Shown: piece after piece, positions 40,035 through 49,612 of the stretch | How the letters are laid out: every line of letters starts with the position of its first letter | Numbering within the stretch: the first letter of the stretch is position 1 | Assembly: GCA_023248545.1 (NCBI GenBank) | Contig: JAHFEF010000011.1 | Location: 162-64,161, forward strand | Direction of reading: 5' to 3' | Length of the DNA stretch: 64,000 nucleotides | Source: Myxococcales bacterium | GTDB lineage: Bacteria > Myxococcota > UBA727 > JABDBI01 | The notes under the pieces: model-generated | What the model saw: the letters and a program-made list of their open reading frames with translations, nothing else | Database searches by the model: none | Told to the model about the DNA's origin: nothing | Made by a program: the position numbers and the translations under genes

Positions 40035-41054
40035 ATGAAAACTACGCCGCTGTACCATCGTCATTTAGAACTGGGTGCACAGATGACCGAGTTTGCCGGT
40101 TATCAAATGCCCGTTCGATATACGGGCGACAAGCTCGAACATATGGCCGTTCGCCAAAAAGCAGGCATTTTTGATGTCAGCCACATGGGAGAAGTCTGGG
40201 TCACTGGCCCCCATGCTGAGCAAGCTATGTCACAGCTGAACACCCAAGACCCCAGTCGATTTGCGCCAGGGCAAGCTTATTACGGCCTGCTTTTAAATTC
40301 ACAAGGTGGAATTATCGACGACGTGATTTCCTATAAATTTTCGCCGGAAAAATTCTTGATCTGCGTCAACGCTGCCAATCGCGAGAAAGATTTTAACTGG
40401 ATCAAATCTCACTGCGATGCCGAAGTCGAAGATGCCAGTGACAGCTGGTGTCAAATAGCGATACAGGGACCAGAAGCTGTGGGCATTACGGCGCGTTATC
40501 TGGGCGATCAGGTATTGGCAATCAAGCGCTTTGGATTTGCACAAATCGGCGATATGATTGTCGCTCGAACAGGTTACACCGGTGAAGATGGCTTTGAAAT
40601 TTTTGTACCCAATGCCCAAGCCGTGAAGCTCTGGGACGCGCTGGCCAGTCAGGCTACGCCATGTGGACTGGCAGCACGTGATACGCTGAGATTAGAAGCT
40701 GGCATGTGTTTGTATGGCCACGACATCAATGACCACACGAATCCTGTCGAAGCCGGTTTGGGGTGGTGCGCAAAAAATTGGAAAGCCCCGGGTGAAGTTC
40801 ACCGACGTTTGGTGGGGCTCGTGATGCAAGGCCAGGGCATTGCACGACCAGACTATGAAGTCTGTAATCAGGTGGGCCAAAAAATCGGCCAGGTGACTTC
40901 TGGGACGAAAACGCCGTATTTAAACCAGGCCATTGCCATGGCTTATATCGACCGTCCCTATTGCGATGGGGCCTCAGAAGTGTACGTAAAGATTCGCGGC
41001 CGCCTGGAGCCTGCAAAGATAACTCAGTTGCCATTTTACCGGAGACCTCAATGA
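40035..41054 (+). CDS. gcvT: Glycine cleavage system aminomethyltransferase T
   Basis: FDVSHMGE, RTGYTGEDGFE, GLAARDTLRLEAG. Confidence 0.97.
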   Translation: MKTTPLYHRHLELGAQMTEFAGYQMPVRYTGDKLEHMAVRQKAGIFDVSHMGEVWVTGPHAEQAMSQLNTQDPSRFAPGQAYYGLLLNSQGGIIDDVISYKFSPEKFLICVNAANREKDFNWIKSHCDAEVEDASDSWCQIAIQGPEAVGITARYLGDQVLAIKRFGFAQIGDMIVARTGYTGEDGFEIFVPNAQAVKLWDALASQATPCGLAARDTLRLEAGMCLYGHDINDHTNPVEAGLGWCAKNWKAPGEVHRRLVGLVMQGQGIARPDYEVCNQVGQKIGQVTSGTKTPYLNQAIAMAYIDRPYCDGASEVYVKIRGRLEPAKITQLPFYRRPQ

Positions 41055-41425
41055 TCTATTTTACCAAAGAGCACGAGTGGGCTTTCATCGAGGGCAATGT
41101 CGCCAAAATCGGCATCACAGATCATGCCCAACATAGTTTGGGTGATGTTGTCTATTTGGAACTTCCAGAACCTGGCAAAAAATTAGAGAAAGACAAGATT
41201 TTTGGTGTGGTCGAGAGCGTTAAAGCTGTGAGTGATTTGTTCTCACCCGTGTCTGGTTCGGTGCTCGAAACAAACCAGCAACTGGTTCAAAATCCAGAAT
41301 GGGTCAACCAGGATGCCATGGGCAAGGCTTGGATGATTCAAGTTGAGATGGGGAACAAAGCGGAGCTCGGTAGCCTCATGACCCAGGAACAATACGAACA
41401 CTATCTCAAACAGGAAGTGAAATAA
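41051..41425 (+). CDS. gcvH: Glycine cleavage system H protein
   Basis: HEW, GITDHAQ..LGDVVY, lipoyl motif VESVKAVSD. Confidence 0.97.
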   Translation: MIYFTKEHEWAFIEGNVAKIGITDHAQHSLGDVVYLELPEPGKKLEKDKIFGVVESVKAVSDLFSPVSGSVLETNQQLVQNPEWVNQDAMGKAWMIQVEMGNKAELGSLMTQEQYEHYLKQEVK

Positions 41426-41785
41426 ATGCTGACACGTTGGATATTAAATTCCGCTGGTTTTTTAACCGCCATTTTGATTGTGCCGGGCATACATGTCATG
41501 AGCACGGACCGGTGGCATTTGGTTGGGATTGCGTTGGTGGCTGGATTTGCCAACACGGTAATGGGGCCGATTTTTAAGTTTTTCACGTTTCCGTTTATTT
41601 TTCTCACGTTAGGACTCTGGATTTGGATTGCGAACATGTTGCTCTTTTGGTTTGCCGGTTACGTGGGGCAGCAATTCGGTTTCGGCTTTACTTTGGATGG
41701 CTTTTGGGCGACTTTCTTTGGCGCGCTGATTGTCAGTGGCGTGAACCTGTTTTTTGGATTCTTGTTTAGGAGCATTCGCGAGTGA
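41426..41785 (+). CDS. Phage holin family (YvlD-like) 4-TM membrane protein
   Basis: N...PI.K..TFP..LTLGL....N...GF..DGFW...GALIVS pattern. Confidence 0.8.
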   Translation: MLTRWILNSAGFLTAILIVPGIHVMSTDRWHLVGIALVAGFANTVMGPIFKFFTFPFIFLTLGLWIWIANMLLFWFAGYVGQQFGFGFTLDGFWATFFGALIVSGVNLFFGFLFRSIRE

Positions 41786-44700
41786 AGATCCAGAGTCATA
41801 ACCCCGCCCGGAATTACGAGCCTGTCTATGAAGTCGACGGTGGTTTGGAACAGGTAGACAGGGCTGTGCTCGCCGCCGAAAAAGCATTGCCGGCGTGGCG
41901 AGCTCTGGATATGTCTGAACGTGTTGCAGCGCTTAAGTCTTTAGAAGCTGTTTTTAAAAAACACGAAGAAGACATGGCCAAAATAATTACGCTGGAGATG
42001 GGCAAAGTTTGGTCCGAGAGTTTATTCGAGGCCAAAAATTTGACTGGTCGAATCGAGTTGATTGCTCAAGAAGGCTTAAAGCGCATTGAAACAGAATTTC
42101 CAGCAGGTGTTCACGGCGAGACGCGATATCATTCACAGGGTGTCATGGCCGTGCTGGGGCCCTATAATTTCCCAGCGCACCTCATGAATTCGCATGTTAT
42201 TCCAGCCTTGATGACCGGCAATACGGTTGTGGCAAAGCCCAGCGAGTTATGCCCGGGCGTGGGTCAGCTCTATGCGCAGTGTTTTGAAGAGGCTGGGTTT
42301 CCTGCCGGTGTGTTTAACTTGGTACAGGGTCGTGGTGACGTTGGAAAAGCTTTGGCCACACACCCAAAAGTTCGAGGCGTTTTATTCACAGGCAGTTACC
42401 CAACCGGTCGAGCTTTGGCCGAAGCGCTGTTGGACCAGCCTCATAAAATACTCGCTCTCGAAATGGGCGGAAAAAATATTGCAGTTGTTTTGGAGGATGC
42501 TGACTTATATCAAGCGTTGGTTGAGATGACACAAGGTGCCTTTCAGAGTGCAGGCCAGCGTTGCACGGCGACCAGCACGGTTTTGATGCACCGCGCAGTC
42601 GCAGACCAATTAATCCCAGCCTTGGTTCGCGCAGCCAGAGAGATTAGACCGGGTGATCCGATGGAACCCCTTACGGCCATGGGGCCACTGGCGAGCCAAG
42701 CAGCGTTGGAACGCTATTTGTCTTTGTTGGCTCAAGTTCGAGCGTTGCCGGGCTGCAAAGTATTACTCGATGCCGAAACACTGCCCGGTGGAGCATTTGT
42801 GACGCCGTCGATTTATCAAGTGGCCAATACACTCGACGCTGAGCTTTTCGGTCCGCATTTAGATATTCAAGTGATAGATAGTTTAGACGAGGCCATAGAG
42901 ATTACCAATCAAAGTCCGTATGGGCTCTCCAATGCTATCTTTACGCAGAGCGAGGCCAAGTTTGAACGCTATTTCAGAGAAACCTATTCAGGGGTCTTAA
43001 ACTGGAATCGCAGCACCAATGGCTTATCGGGGAAGGCACCTTTTGGAGGTGTCGGCAAAAGTGGCAATCATCGCCCGGCGGGTATCGACGCTGTTCGCAA
43101 TGCGACTTATCCTGTGATGGTGCAGAGGCAGCCCTATGGTCATGTGGAGCCGCTTAAACCCCTGGCGCCGATTTTTGAACGAGAAAAAGCTTTTTTGTCA
43201 CTGTCTTTTGAAGACCTGCTCAAAAAACACGAACAAGAATTCGCTGAACAGCGCTATCGCTATTTTGACCAAGTTCACGTGCCTAATCACGTGAAATTAC
43301 CAGCATCTGAAGCCATGTTGGACAGACTCTATCGAGATGACTTAGTGCCCAGGGAGAAGAAAGAGCCGGTGGTCGATCTCAATGCTTCGCAAGGGCCTTA
43401 TTTGGTTTCCATTGACGAAGAGCCACTGGTTTTATTTGATGCAGCGAGCCAGATTGCGTCGTTGGGTTTGGGCTTTAGCTCGGGCGTTTTTCAAAAGTCT
43501 CTCGATGAGGGTTTGTTTACAGAGGGTTTGTTGTCGAATGCGGCTGGGTCCGTAGACGCCTACAAGCAATTGCTACTTTCTCGAGCGGGGCCGGGCTTAA
43601 AGCACGTCACTTTTACCACCAGTGGTGCTGCTGCGAACGAGAAGGCTTTTGATCTGTGTCGCGTCAATGGACCCGGTGGAACACGGATTATTGCTTTTCA
43701 GGGTTCTTTTCATGGCCGAACCATGATGTCGTTGCATGCGACGTATAATCCAGAAAAACGCGCCGGATTTGAACTGCCAGGTTATGAAGCAACTTTCTTA
43801 CAATTTGGTGAGTTGGATGGCATCCGAGAAGAGATTCAAAAAGGCAATGTCTGTTGTGTGATCGTCGAGCCTGTTCAATGTGAGGGCGGCGATAATTTTG
43901 CAGATCTAGAATTTTTTAGAGGTTTGCGCAAGATTACCCGCGAGCTCAGTGTTCCACTGATCTTTGACGAAGTGCAAACAGGTTTTGGGCTGTACGGACC
44001 GTTTTATTATCACACGGCATTTGGGCTCGAAGATGGCCCAGACTGTGTGACGCTCTCGAAAAAAGCACAGCTTGGGGTCGTATTGTCGGCGTGGGAAGAT
44101 ACGCGTCCTGAACAGCCGCACCAGATTCAAATTCAAAAAGGTTTGTTGCAGGCTGAAGCAATTTTGCACGCGCCTTACCAAGAGCTCGAACGTGAAACTC
44201 GAGAACGCCTAGAAAAACTACATGCGGCATTTCCAGAATTAGTGTTGAATCCCCGCAATGCTGGTTATGCGTTTGCGTTTGACATGCCGAGCCCGGTCTT
44301 GGCCAACAAGATTGTGAATCAGAGATTTCACCGAGGTTTTATGGTCTATATTGCAGGCACAAAAACACTGCGATTTAGGACCAATATAGATACGACGTCG
44401 AGAGAGCTGGCATTTTTATTTGATGCGTTGCATGCGGCTTTAAAAGGAGATCCGGCACCGAGCTTTTTGCAGACTTCTCACCGGGTGATGCCACTCATGG
44501 CTGGCGTTGTGATTGAACAATTAGATTCCAATAACTGGGCCCGATATGTGGGTGAAATCCAGCGATTGGAAGAAGCAGCCTATGAACCCAGCCGTCAAGA
44601 TACGATGGAATTTTTACGAAGCTGGTTAGAGCAGCCTAAGTCGCTGGGCCTCATGATGGTCTACAAAGGTGAAATCATTGGGTTTACGGTGGGTGGGCCT

Positions 44701-46065
44701 TTGGAACATTCTGATAAAGATGGCCCCCTGCAAGATGCCATGCGTGGTTGTCAGAATACTTTTTATTCGACCGATATTGTGGTCGACGAAAAATTCAGAG
44801 GCAAAGGCCTCGGGTATCACTTAAAAGAGGCTCAAGTCAAAGCAGTCAAAGCGCTTGGGTATAGCTACATGACGGGTCGTAATCGCGTCGGATTTACGTC
44901 GGAAATGCAGAAGATTAACCGTGTTTTTGGGGCTTACACGGTGGGCATCTATGCAAACCAATATGGTGGACCTGGACAGGCTTTGTATTACCGGATTCCG
45001 TTATTAAGGCCGAAAATCCCCTGCCTACGCCAAGGCTTCGGCAGGCAGGCCCCTCACCTCCTCGACTGGTCCAATTCTATCCAAGCACCCCTGGGTGCCC
45101 ACTCGCCAGAAATTCTCACCGACATTCAAAAGGGCGTTTTCACGTCGGCAGTCGGAACCAAACTCACGCTGTCCAATTGGGCCACACCAGACATGGTGCG
45201 CTACACAGAATTACTTCGATACCTGATGCCAAAATCTTGTAAGCATTTATATTTTACTTCTGGCCGTGACGAGATGGTCGATAAAGGCCTGCGCTGTTTG
45301 AAAGTCACCCGGCCACAAGCTGAAATCGCCATTGGGCTGAAAGGCCAGTATGTCGGCCACACGACGGCTGCTGCTCGAAGTCTGACAGACCCCAATTACT
45401 TTCAAAAGCCCTTTGGGTGGTTTGATTGGCCTTTGGTGGACAGCATTGAACAAATCGAAGCTGTGATTTCGAAATATTCGCCAGATAAGATTTTTGGCAT
45501 TGTGGTCGAGTTAATTGGCGAAAAAACAGGGCGCGTTATCTCGCCGGAATTTTTAGACAAGCTGAACCCAATTCGAACGGCTACGAAAATCCCACTGATT
45601 TTTGTTGAGACAGCGTCAGGTCTTGGGCGAAATGGCGAAAGCTTATTTATGAGTGATAGCTTGGCTGTGCAGCCCAACATGGTTTGGTGGTACTCGGGGG
45701 CTCAGCTCGGCCATATATTTGTCGATGACGCGCATTATGTGGCGAAGCCACTCACGCTAATTTCAACCTGGGATGGCGATGAGATTTCGATGCGTCGAAA
45801 TTACAGACATTTGGTAGTGGCGCGGGAAGCGCTTAACAACAAGACTGCTCAGTATTTCGAGAACGAGTGCCAGAAATTAGGCTGTGTTGGCAAAGGGTTC
45901 TGGCAAGTCTTGGATTTTAAACAGCCAGAAAAATTAGCTCAGGCAGGTTTGCTGCTAGGCCAGGGTTTCGATCATAAGCTCATTTTGAGCCCACCCGTGA
46001 ATAGTTCACAAGAGCAGATTGACCAAGGGTTAGCAATATTAAGAAGGTGTTTGTCTCATGCTTAG
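41782..46065 (+). CDS. Fusion of AstD-like aldehyde dehydrogenase, class III aminotransferase, GNAT and a degenerate aminotransferase
   Basis: ALDH: GPYNFPAHL, LALEMGG, SAGQRCT, PFGGVGKSGNHRP. AT-III: SFHGRT, EPVQCEGG, FDEVQTG, TLSKK. GNAT: VDEKFRGKGLGYHL. Second AT-like domain: YVGHT, ELIGE, FVETASG. Confidence 0.88.
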   Translation: MKIQSHNPARNYEPVYEVDGGLEQVDRAVLAAEKALPAWRALDMSERVAALKSLEAVFKKHEEDMAKIITLEMGKVWSESLFEAKNLTGRIELIAQEGLKRIETEFPAGVHGETRYHSQGVMAVLGPYNFPAHLMNSHVIPALMTGNTVVAKPSELCPGVGQLYAQCFEEAGFPAGVFNLVQGRGDVGKALATHPKVRGVLFTGSYPTGRALAEALLDQPHKILALEMGGKNIAVVLEDADLYQALVEMTQGAFQSAGQRCTATSTVLMHRAVADQLIPALVRAAREIRPGDPMEPLTAMGPLASQAALERYLSLLAQVRALPGCKVLLDAETLPGGAFVTPSIYQVANTLDAELFGPHLDIQVIDSLDEAIEITNQSPYGLSNAIFTQSEAKFERYFRETYSGVLNWNRSTNGLSGKAPFGGVGKSGNHRPAGIDAVRNATYPVMVQRQPYGHVEPLKPLAPIFEREKAFLSLSFEDLLKKHEQEFAEQRYRYFDQVHVPNHVKLPASEAMLDRLYRDDLVPREKKEPVVDLNASQGPYLVSIDEEPLVLFDAASQIASLGLGFSSGVFQKSLDEGLFTEGLLSNAAGSVDAYKQLLLSRAGPGLKHVTFTTSGAAANEKAFDLCRVNGPGGTRIIAFQGSFHGRTMMSLHATYNPEKRAGFELPGYEATFLQFGELDGIREEIQKGNVCCVIVEPVQCEGGDNFADLEFFRGLRKITRELSVPLIFDEVQTGFGLYGPFYYHTAFGLEDGPDCVTLSKKAQLGVVLSAWEDTRPEQPHQIQIQKGLLQAEAILHAPYQELERETRERLEKLHAAFPELVLNPRNAGYAFAFDMPSPVLANKIVNQRFHRGFMVYIAGTKTLRFRTNIDTTSRELAFLFDALHAALKGDPAPSFLQTSHRVMPLMAGVVIEQLDSNNWARYVGEIQRLEEAAYEPSRQDTMEFLRSWLEQPKSLGLMMVYKGEIIGFTVGGPLEHSDKDGPLQDAMRGCQNTFYSTDIVVDEKFRGKGLGYHLKEAQVKAVKALGYSYMTGRNRVGFTSEMQKINRVFGAYTVGIYANQYGGPGQALYYRIPLLRPKIPCLRQGFGRQAPHLLDWSNSIQAPLGAHSPEILTDIQKGVFTSAVGTKLTLSNWATPDMVRYTELLRYLMPKSCKHLYFTSGRDEMVDKGLRCLKVTRPQAEIAIGLKGQYVGHTTAAARSLTDPNYFQKPFGWFDWPLVDSIEQIEAVISKYSPDKIFGIVVELIGEKTGRVISPEFLDKLNPIRTATKIPLIFVETASGLGRNGESLFMSDSLAVQPNMVWWYSGAQLGHIFVDDAHYVAKPLTLISTWDGDEISMRRNYRHLVVAREALNNKTAQYFENECQKLGCVGKGFWQVLDFKQPEKLAQAGLLLGQGFDHKLILSPPVNSSQEQIDQGLAILRRCLSHA
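45020..45051 (+). repeat. REP-like palindromic repeat in the linker of the fusion gene
   Basis: CCTGCC-TACGCCAAGGCTTC-GGCAGG-CAGGCC. Confidence 0.8.
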
Positions 46066-48244
46066 TCCTGAAGTCGAAGATATTATTCAAGATTCGTTTC
46101 GCGAAGCACATGAACGGGGCCATGATTTGGCGACGGTTGAACACTTGGCTTTCGTGTTGCTGCAAGACGATGATATTCGGCATTTGTTGCTGACCTGCGG
46201 GGTGGATCTAGAGCAACTCAAGGCTCAGCTGGGGCATTATTTGGACACTGAGCTCGAAAAAATAGTGTTCGATGAAAACCATGCCAAAATAGAGGCCAGT
46301 TTGGGTTTCCAGCGTGTGATCGAACGCGCGACCTTGCAGGCTAAGTCGTCCGGTCGGGGCGAAGTTTGGCCCTCTCATGTTCTGGTATCTATTTTTGAAG
46401 AAAAAGAATCGCCGGCTTTGTATTTTCTAGGCAAAGCGGGTCTCAGTCGCTTGGAACTTGTTTCGAATATTAGCGATGATATCGACGACGATGACGAAGA
46501 CTCTCTAGAAGGCGACCCGTTGGATGTCTTCACCCTTGATTTGACCGAGAAGGCCCGAAACAAAGAGTTGGATATTTTGGTGGGTCGCGAAGACGAACTC
46601 ACGCGGGTGATTCATATTTTGCTCCGTCGACGCAAGAATAACCCCTTGTTGGTGGGTGAGGCCGGTGTGGGAAAGACAGCCATTGCAGAAGGCTTGGCTC
46701 AACGCATTGTGGATGGCCAAGTCCCGGAGGCGCTCAAAAACAGCTCAGTGTATGCCCTGGATATGGGTTTGCTGTTGGCTGGAACCAGATATCGAGGCGA
46801 TTTTGAAAATAGATTCAAGGCCGTGATGCGTGCCCTTGAAAACGAGCCTGGGTCTATTTTGGTGATTGACGAGATTCATACCATGGTGGGCGCTGGTTCG
46901 AGTACCGGCGGTGGCCCGGATGCTTCGAACATGCTCAAGCCCATTTTGGCGGGTGGAAATATTCGCTGCATTGGGACAACGACGTACAAAGAATATCGCG
47001 GTTATTTTGAAAAAGACCGAGCACTGGTGAGGCGTTTCCAAAAAGTTGATATTGAAGAACCCAATGAAAAAGACTGCCTAACAATTTTGCAGGGCCTGAA
47101 GAACAAATACGAAGAGTTTCATCAAGTTAAAATCAGCCCAAAGGCGCTTTTAGCTGCTGTATCTCTTTCTGTCAGATATCTTCAAGACAAAAAGCTGCCT
47201 GACAAAGCCATAGATTTGATTGACGAGGCGTCTGCGGGCTTGAAGCTCAAGGGCAAAAAGAACGCAGTGGTTTCCGAGCGTGATATTGAAGAGACGGTTG
47301 CTCGCATGGCGCAAATCCCGCCGAAGCAAATTAGCCGCAATGACAAGACAGTCTTGTTGGATTTGGAAACCCAATTAGCTCAGGTGGTTTTTGGGCAAGA
47401 TAAAGCCATTGCAGAAGTGGCGTCGGCGATTAAGCTTTCTCGGGCAGGCCTGCGTGAACCCGAAAAGCCCATGGGGTCGTTTTTATTTATGGGTCCCAGC
47501 GGTGTGGGCAAGACAGAGATTGGCAAGCAGTTGGCCAAAGCATTGGGAATTTCTTTTGTGCGCTTTGACATGAGCGAATACATGGAGCGTCATACGGTGA
47601 GTCGTTTGATTGGAGCACCGCCGGGTTATGTGGGTTTCGATCAGGGCGGTTTATTAACAGACGCGATTCATAAAACGCCACATGCTGTTTTGTTGCTTGA
47701 CGAGATTGAGAAAGCACATCCCGATGTGTTTAACATGCTTTTGCAAGTCATGGATTATGGCAAACTCACGGATAACAATGGCCGCGCAACTGATTTTAGA
47801 CATGTGATATTGATCATGACCAGCAACGTCGGTGCACAAGAACTCGCCCAGGCACGCATTGGATTTGGCGATAGCTCCAACTGGGGTGCTGATGAGAAAG
47901 CATTCAAGAGATTATTTACACCCGAGTTTAGAAATAGACTGGATGCCAAGATTTCATTTGAGCCTTTAAAGCCTGAAGCCATGGCACAGATCGTCCAGAA
48001 ATTCTTGAAAGAGCTTGAATCTCAAGTAGCCGAGCAAAATATCAAACTGGAAATCTCAGAGGCAGCCAGAACTTATTTGAGTACCAAAGGCTACGACAAG
48101 GCTTTGGGAGCTAGGCCACTCAGCAGGCTGATCCAAAACGATATCAAGAAGCCATTGGCTGAGATTATCTTGAAGCTAGAGGATAAGGCTGAGAGGACGA
48201 TTCGGATTGATTTGAATGGCTTGGGTAAGATTGAGATTAGATAG
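46058..48244 (+). CDS. clpA: ATP-dependent Clp protease ATP-binding subunit ClpA
   Basis: Two AAA modules (GEAGVGKT, GPSGVGKT), RYRGDFE, RLIGAPPGYVGF; no middle coiled-coil domain. Confidence 0.95.
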   Translation: MLSPEVEDIIQDSFREAHERGHDLATVEHLAFVLLQDDDIRHLLLTCGVDLEQLKAQLGHYLDTELEKIVFDENHAKIEASLGFQRVIERATLQAKSSGRGEVWPSHVLVSIFEEKESPALYFLGKAGLSRLELVSNISDDIDDDDEDSLEGDPLDVFTLDLTEKARNKELDILVGREDELTRVIHILLRRRKNNPLLVGEAGVGKTAIAEGLAQRIVDGQVPEALKNSSVYALDMGLLLAGTRYRGDFENRFKAVMRALENEPGSILVIDEIHTMVGAGSSTGGGPDASNMLKPILAGGNIRCIGTTTYKEYRGYFEKDRALVRRFQKVDIEEPNEKDCLTILQGLKNKYEEFHQVKISPKALLAAVSLSVRYLQDKKLPDKAIDLIDEASAGLKLKGKKNAVVSERDIEETVARMAQIPPKQISRNDKTVLLDLETQLAQVVFGQDKAIAEVASAIKLSRAGLREPEKPMGSFLFMGPSGVGKTEIGKQLAKALGISFVRFDMSEYMERHTVSRLIGAPPGYVGFDQGGLLTDAIHKTPHAVLLLDEIEKAHPDVFNMLLQVMDYGKLTDNNGRATDFRHVILIMTSNVGAQELAQARIGFGDSSNWGADEKAFKRLFTPEFRNRLDAKISFEPLKPEAMAQIVQKFLKELESQVAEQNIKLEISEAARTYLSTKGYDKALGARPLSRLIQNDIKKPLAEIILKLEDKAERTIRIDLNGLGKIEIR

Positions 48245-48301
48245 AGACAATGGACAAAAATACAATTTGACCATTTTTTCGTCTACCGCTAAATTAGTCA
48301 A

Positions 48302-49528
48302 ATGAAGCCTTTGGAACATAAACGATATTTGACGGCTTACTTGCAGGAGCTGGCGTTGAACCGCGGGAAGATGGCTTTCCTGTCAGGGCCACGTCAGGCC
48401 GGGAAAACAACGCTTGCAAAGCATCTCCTCAAAACTCTTAGGCATGGGCACTATTATAACTGGGATGATATCGAGTTTAGAAGACTGTGGGCAAAATCGC
48501 CCAAGAAGACCATCCCTGTTTTGCCTGGCGAAACCCCACTGGTGATTTATGACGAAATCCATAAGGCAGCACGCTGGAAAGGGACCCTGAAGGGGATTTA
48601 TGACACATTAGAAACACCGGCCCAGATTTTGGTGACAGGCAGTGCCCGTCTCAATGTTTACCGAAAAGGAGGAGACAGCCTGCTGGGTCGCTATCTGCAT
48701 TTCCGTCTTCACCCGTTTAGTTTGGGCGAAATGGCTGGCAAGCTAGCGCCTGATCCAGAAATGGCGGTTCAAAATATTCTGAAGGCCAAATCGCAGGCAA
48801 AATCTGGTGATTTAGAGTCACTCATTCAGTTTGGAGGGTTTCCTGAGCCTCTTTTTGAGGGCCGAGAAGACTTGGCGTCTATTTGGCGCCGAGGTCGATT
48901 GGAAAAAATTGTGCGCGAAGACCTGAGAGACTTGAGCCGTCTCCCAGAACTCTCACAGGTTGAAATGTTGGTGGCGTTACTGGAAGAAAAGGCTGGTGGT
49001 GTCTTAAGTGTTGAGTCATTGCGCCAAGACTTAGATGTTGCTCATACCACCGTTCAACGCTGGCTGAACTATTTGAATCAGCTCTATTATTGTTATCAGA
49101 TCAGACCCTACAGCCGATCTGTTCCGCGTTCGCTCAAAAAAGAAGGTAAACTTTATTTGTGGGATTGGTCTGAAATTGAAAATAACCCAGGGGCTAGGTT
49201 CGAGAATGTTATCGCTGGACATCTTTTGAAGGCCAGTCATTTTTGGACTGACATTGGCAAAGGTGTTTTTGATTTGTTCTACCTGAGAAATAGAGACAAA
49301 AACGAAATTGATTTTCTAATCACAAAGAATAAAAAGCCTTGGGTTGCCGTGGAAGTGAAGTCTCAGGATACTGCTTGGTCACCCTCGTTCCAAGTTTTTC
49401 GCAAACAGATTCATATTCCGCATTGCTTTCAAGTCGTCAAAGTCGCGCATCCGACAAAAGTCTGGCACGATGAGTTTGGGACATGTGCTATTCTAGACGC
49501 TAATCATTTTTTGACCCATTTACCCTAA
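48302..49528 (+). CDS. AAA_14 / DUF4143 ATP-binding protein
   Basis: GPRQAGKTT, DEIH, VTGS, SLLGR, GGFPE, KLYLWD, FEN, EIDF...VEVK. Confidence 0.9.
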   Translation: MKPLEHKRYLTAYLQELALNRGKMAFLSGPRQAGKTTLAKHLLKTLRHGHYYNWDDIEFRRLWAKSPKKTIPVLPGETPLVIYDEIHKAARWKGTLKGIYDTLETPAQILVTGSARLNVYRKGGDSLLGRYLHFRLHPFSLGEMAGKLAPDPEMAVQNILKAKSQAKSGDLESLIQFGGFPEPLFEGREDLASIWRRGRLEKIVREDLRDLSRLPELSQVEMLVALLEEKAGGVLSVESLRQDLDVAHTTVQRWLNYLNQLYYCYQIRPYSRSVPRSLKKEGKLYLWDWSEIENNPGARFENVIAGHLLKASHFWTDIGKGVFDLFYLRNRDKNEIDFLITKNKKPWVAVEVKSQDTAWSPSFQVFRKQIHIPHCFQVVKVAHPTKVWHDEFGTCAILDANHFLTHLP

Positions 49529-49612
49529 TGTGAAATCAAAAAAACGCCCGATGGTCACCGGCCGCGCACGGCGGGCCTTGAACTATTCATCCAGTCCTCC
49601 TATGCCCCAGGC

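Noticed and set aside
41426-41785. Prophage suggested by the holin-family gene
   Set aside because: This 4-TM family is commonly chromosomal, and no phage genes are nearby.
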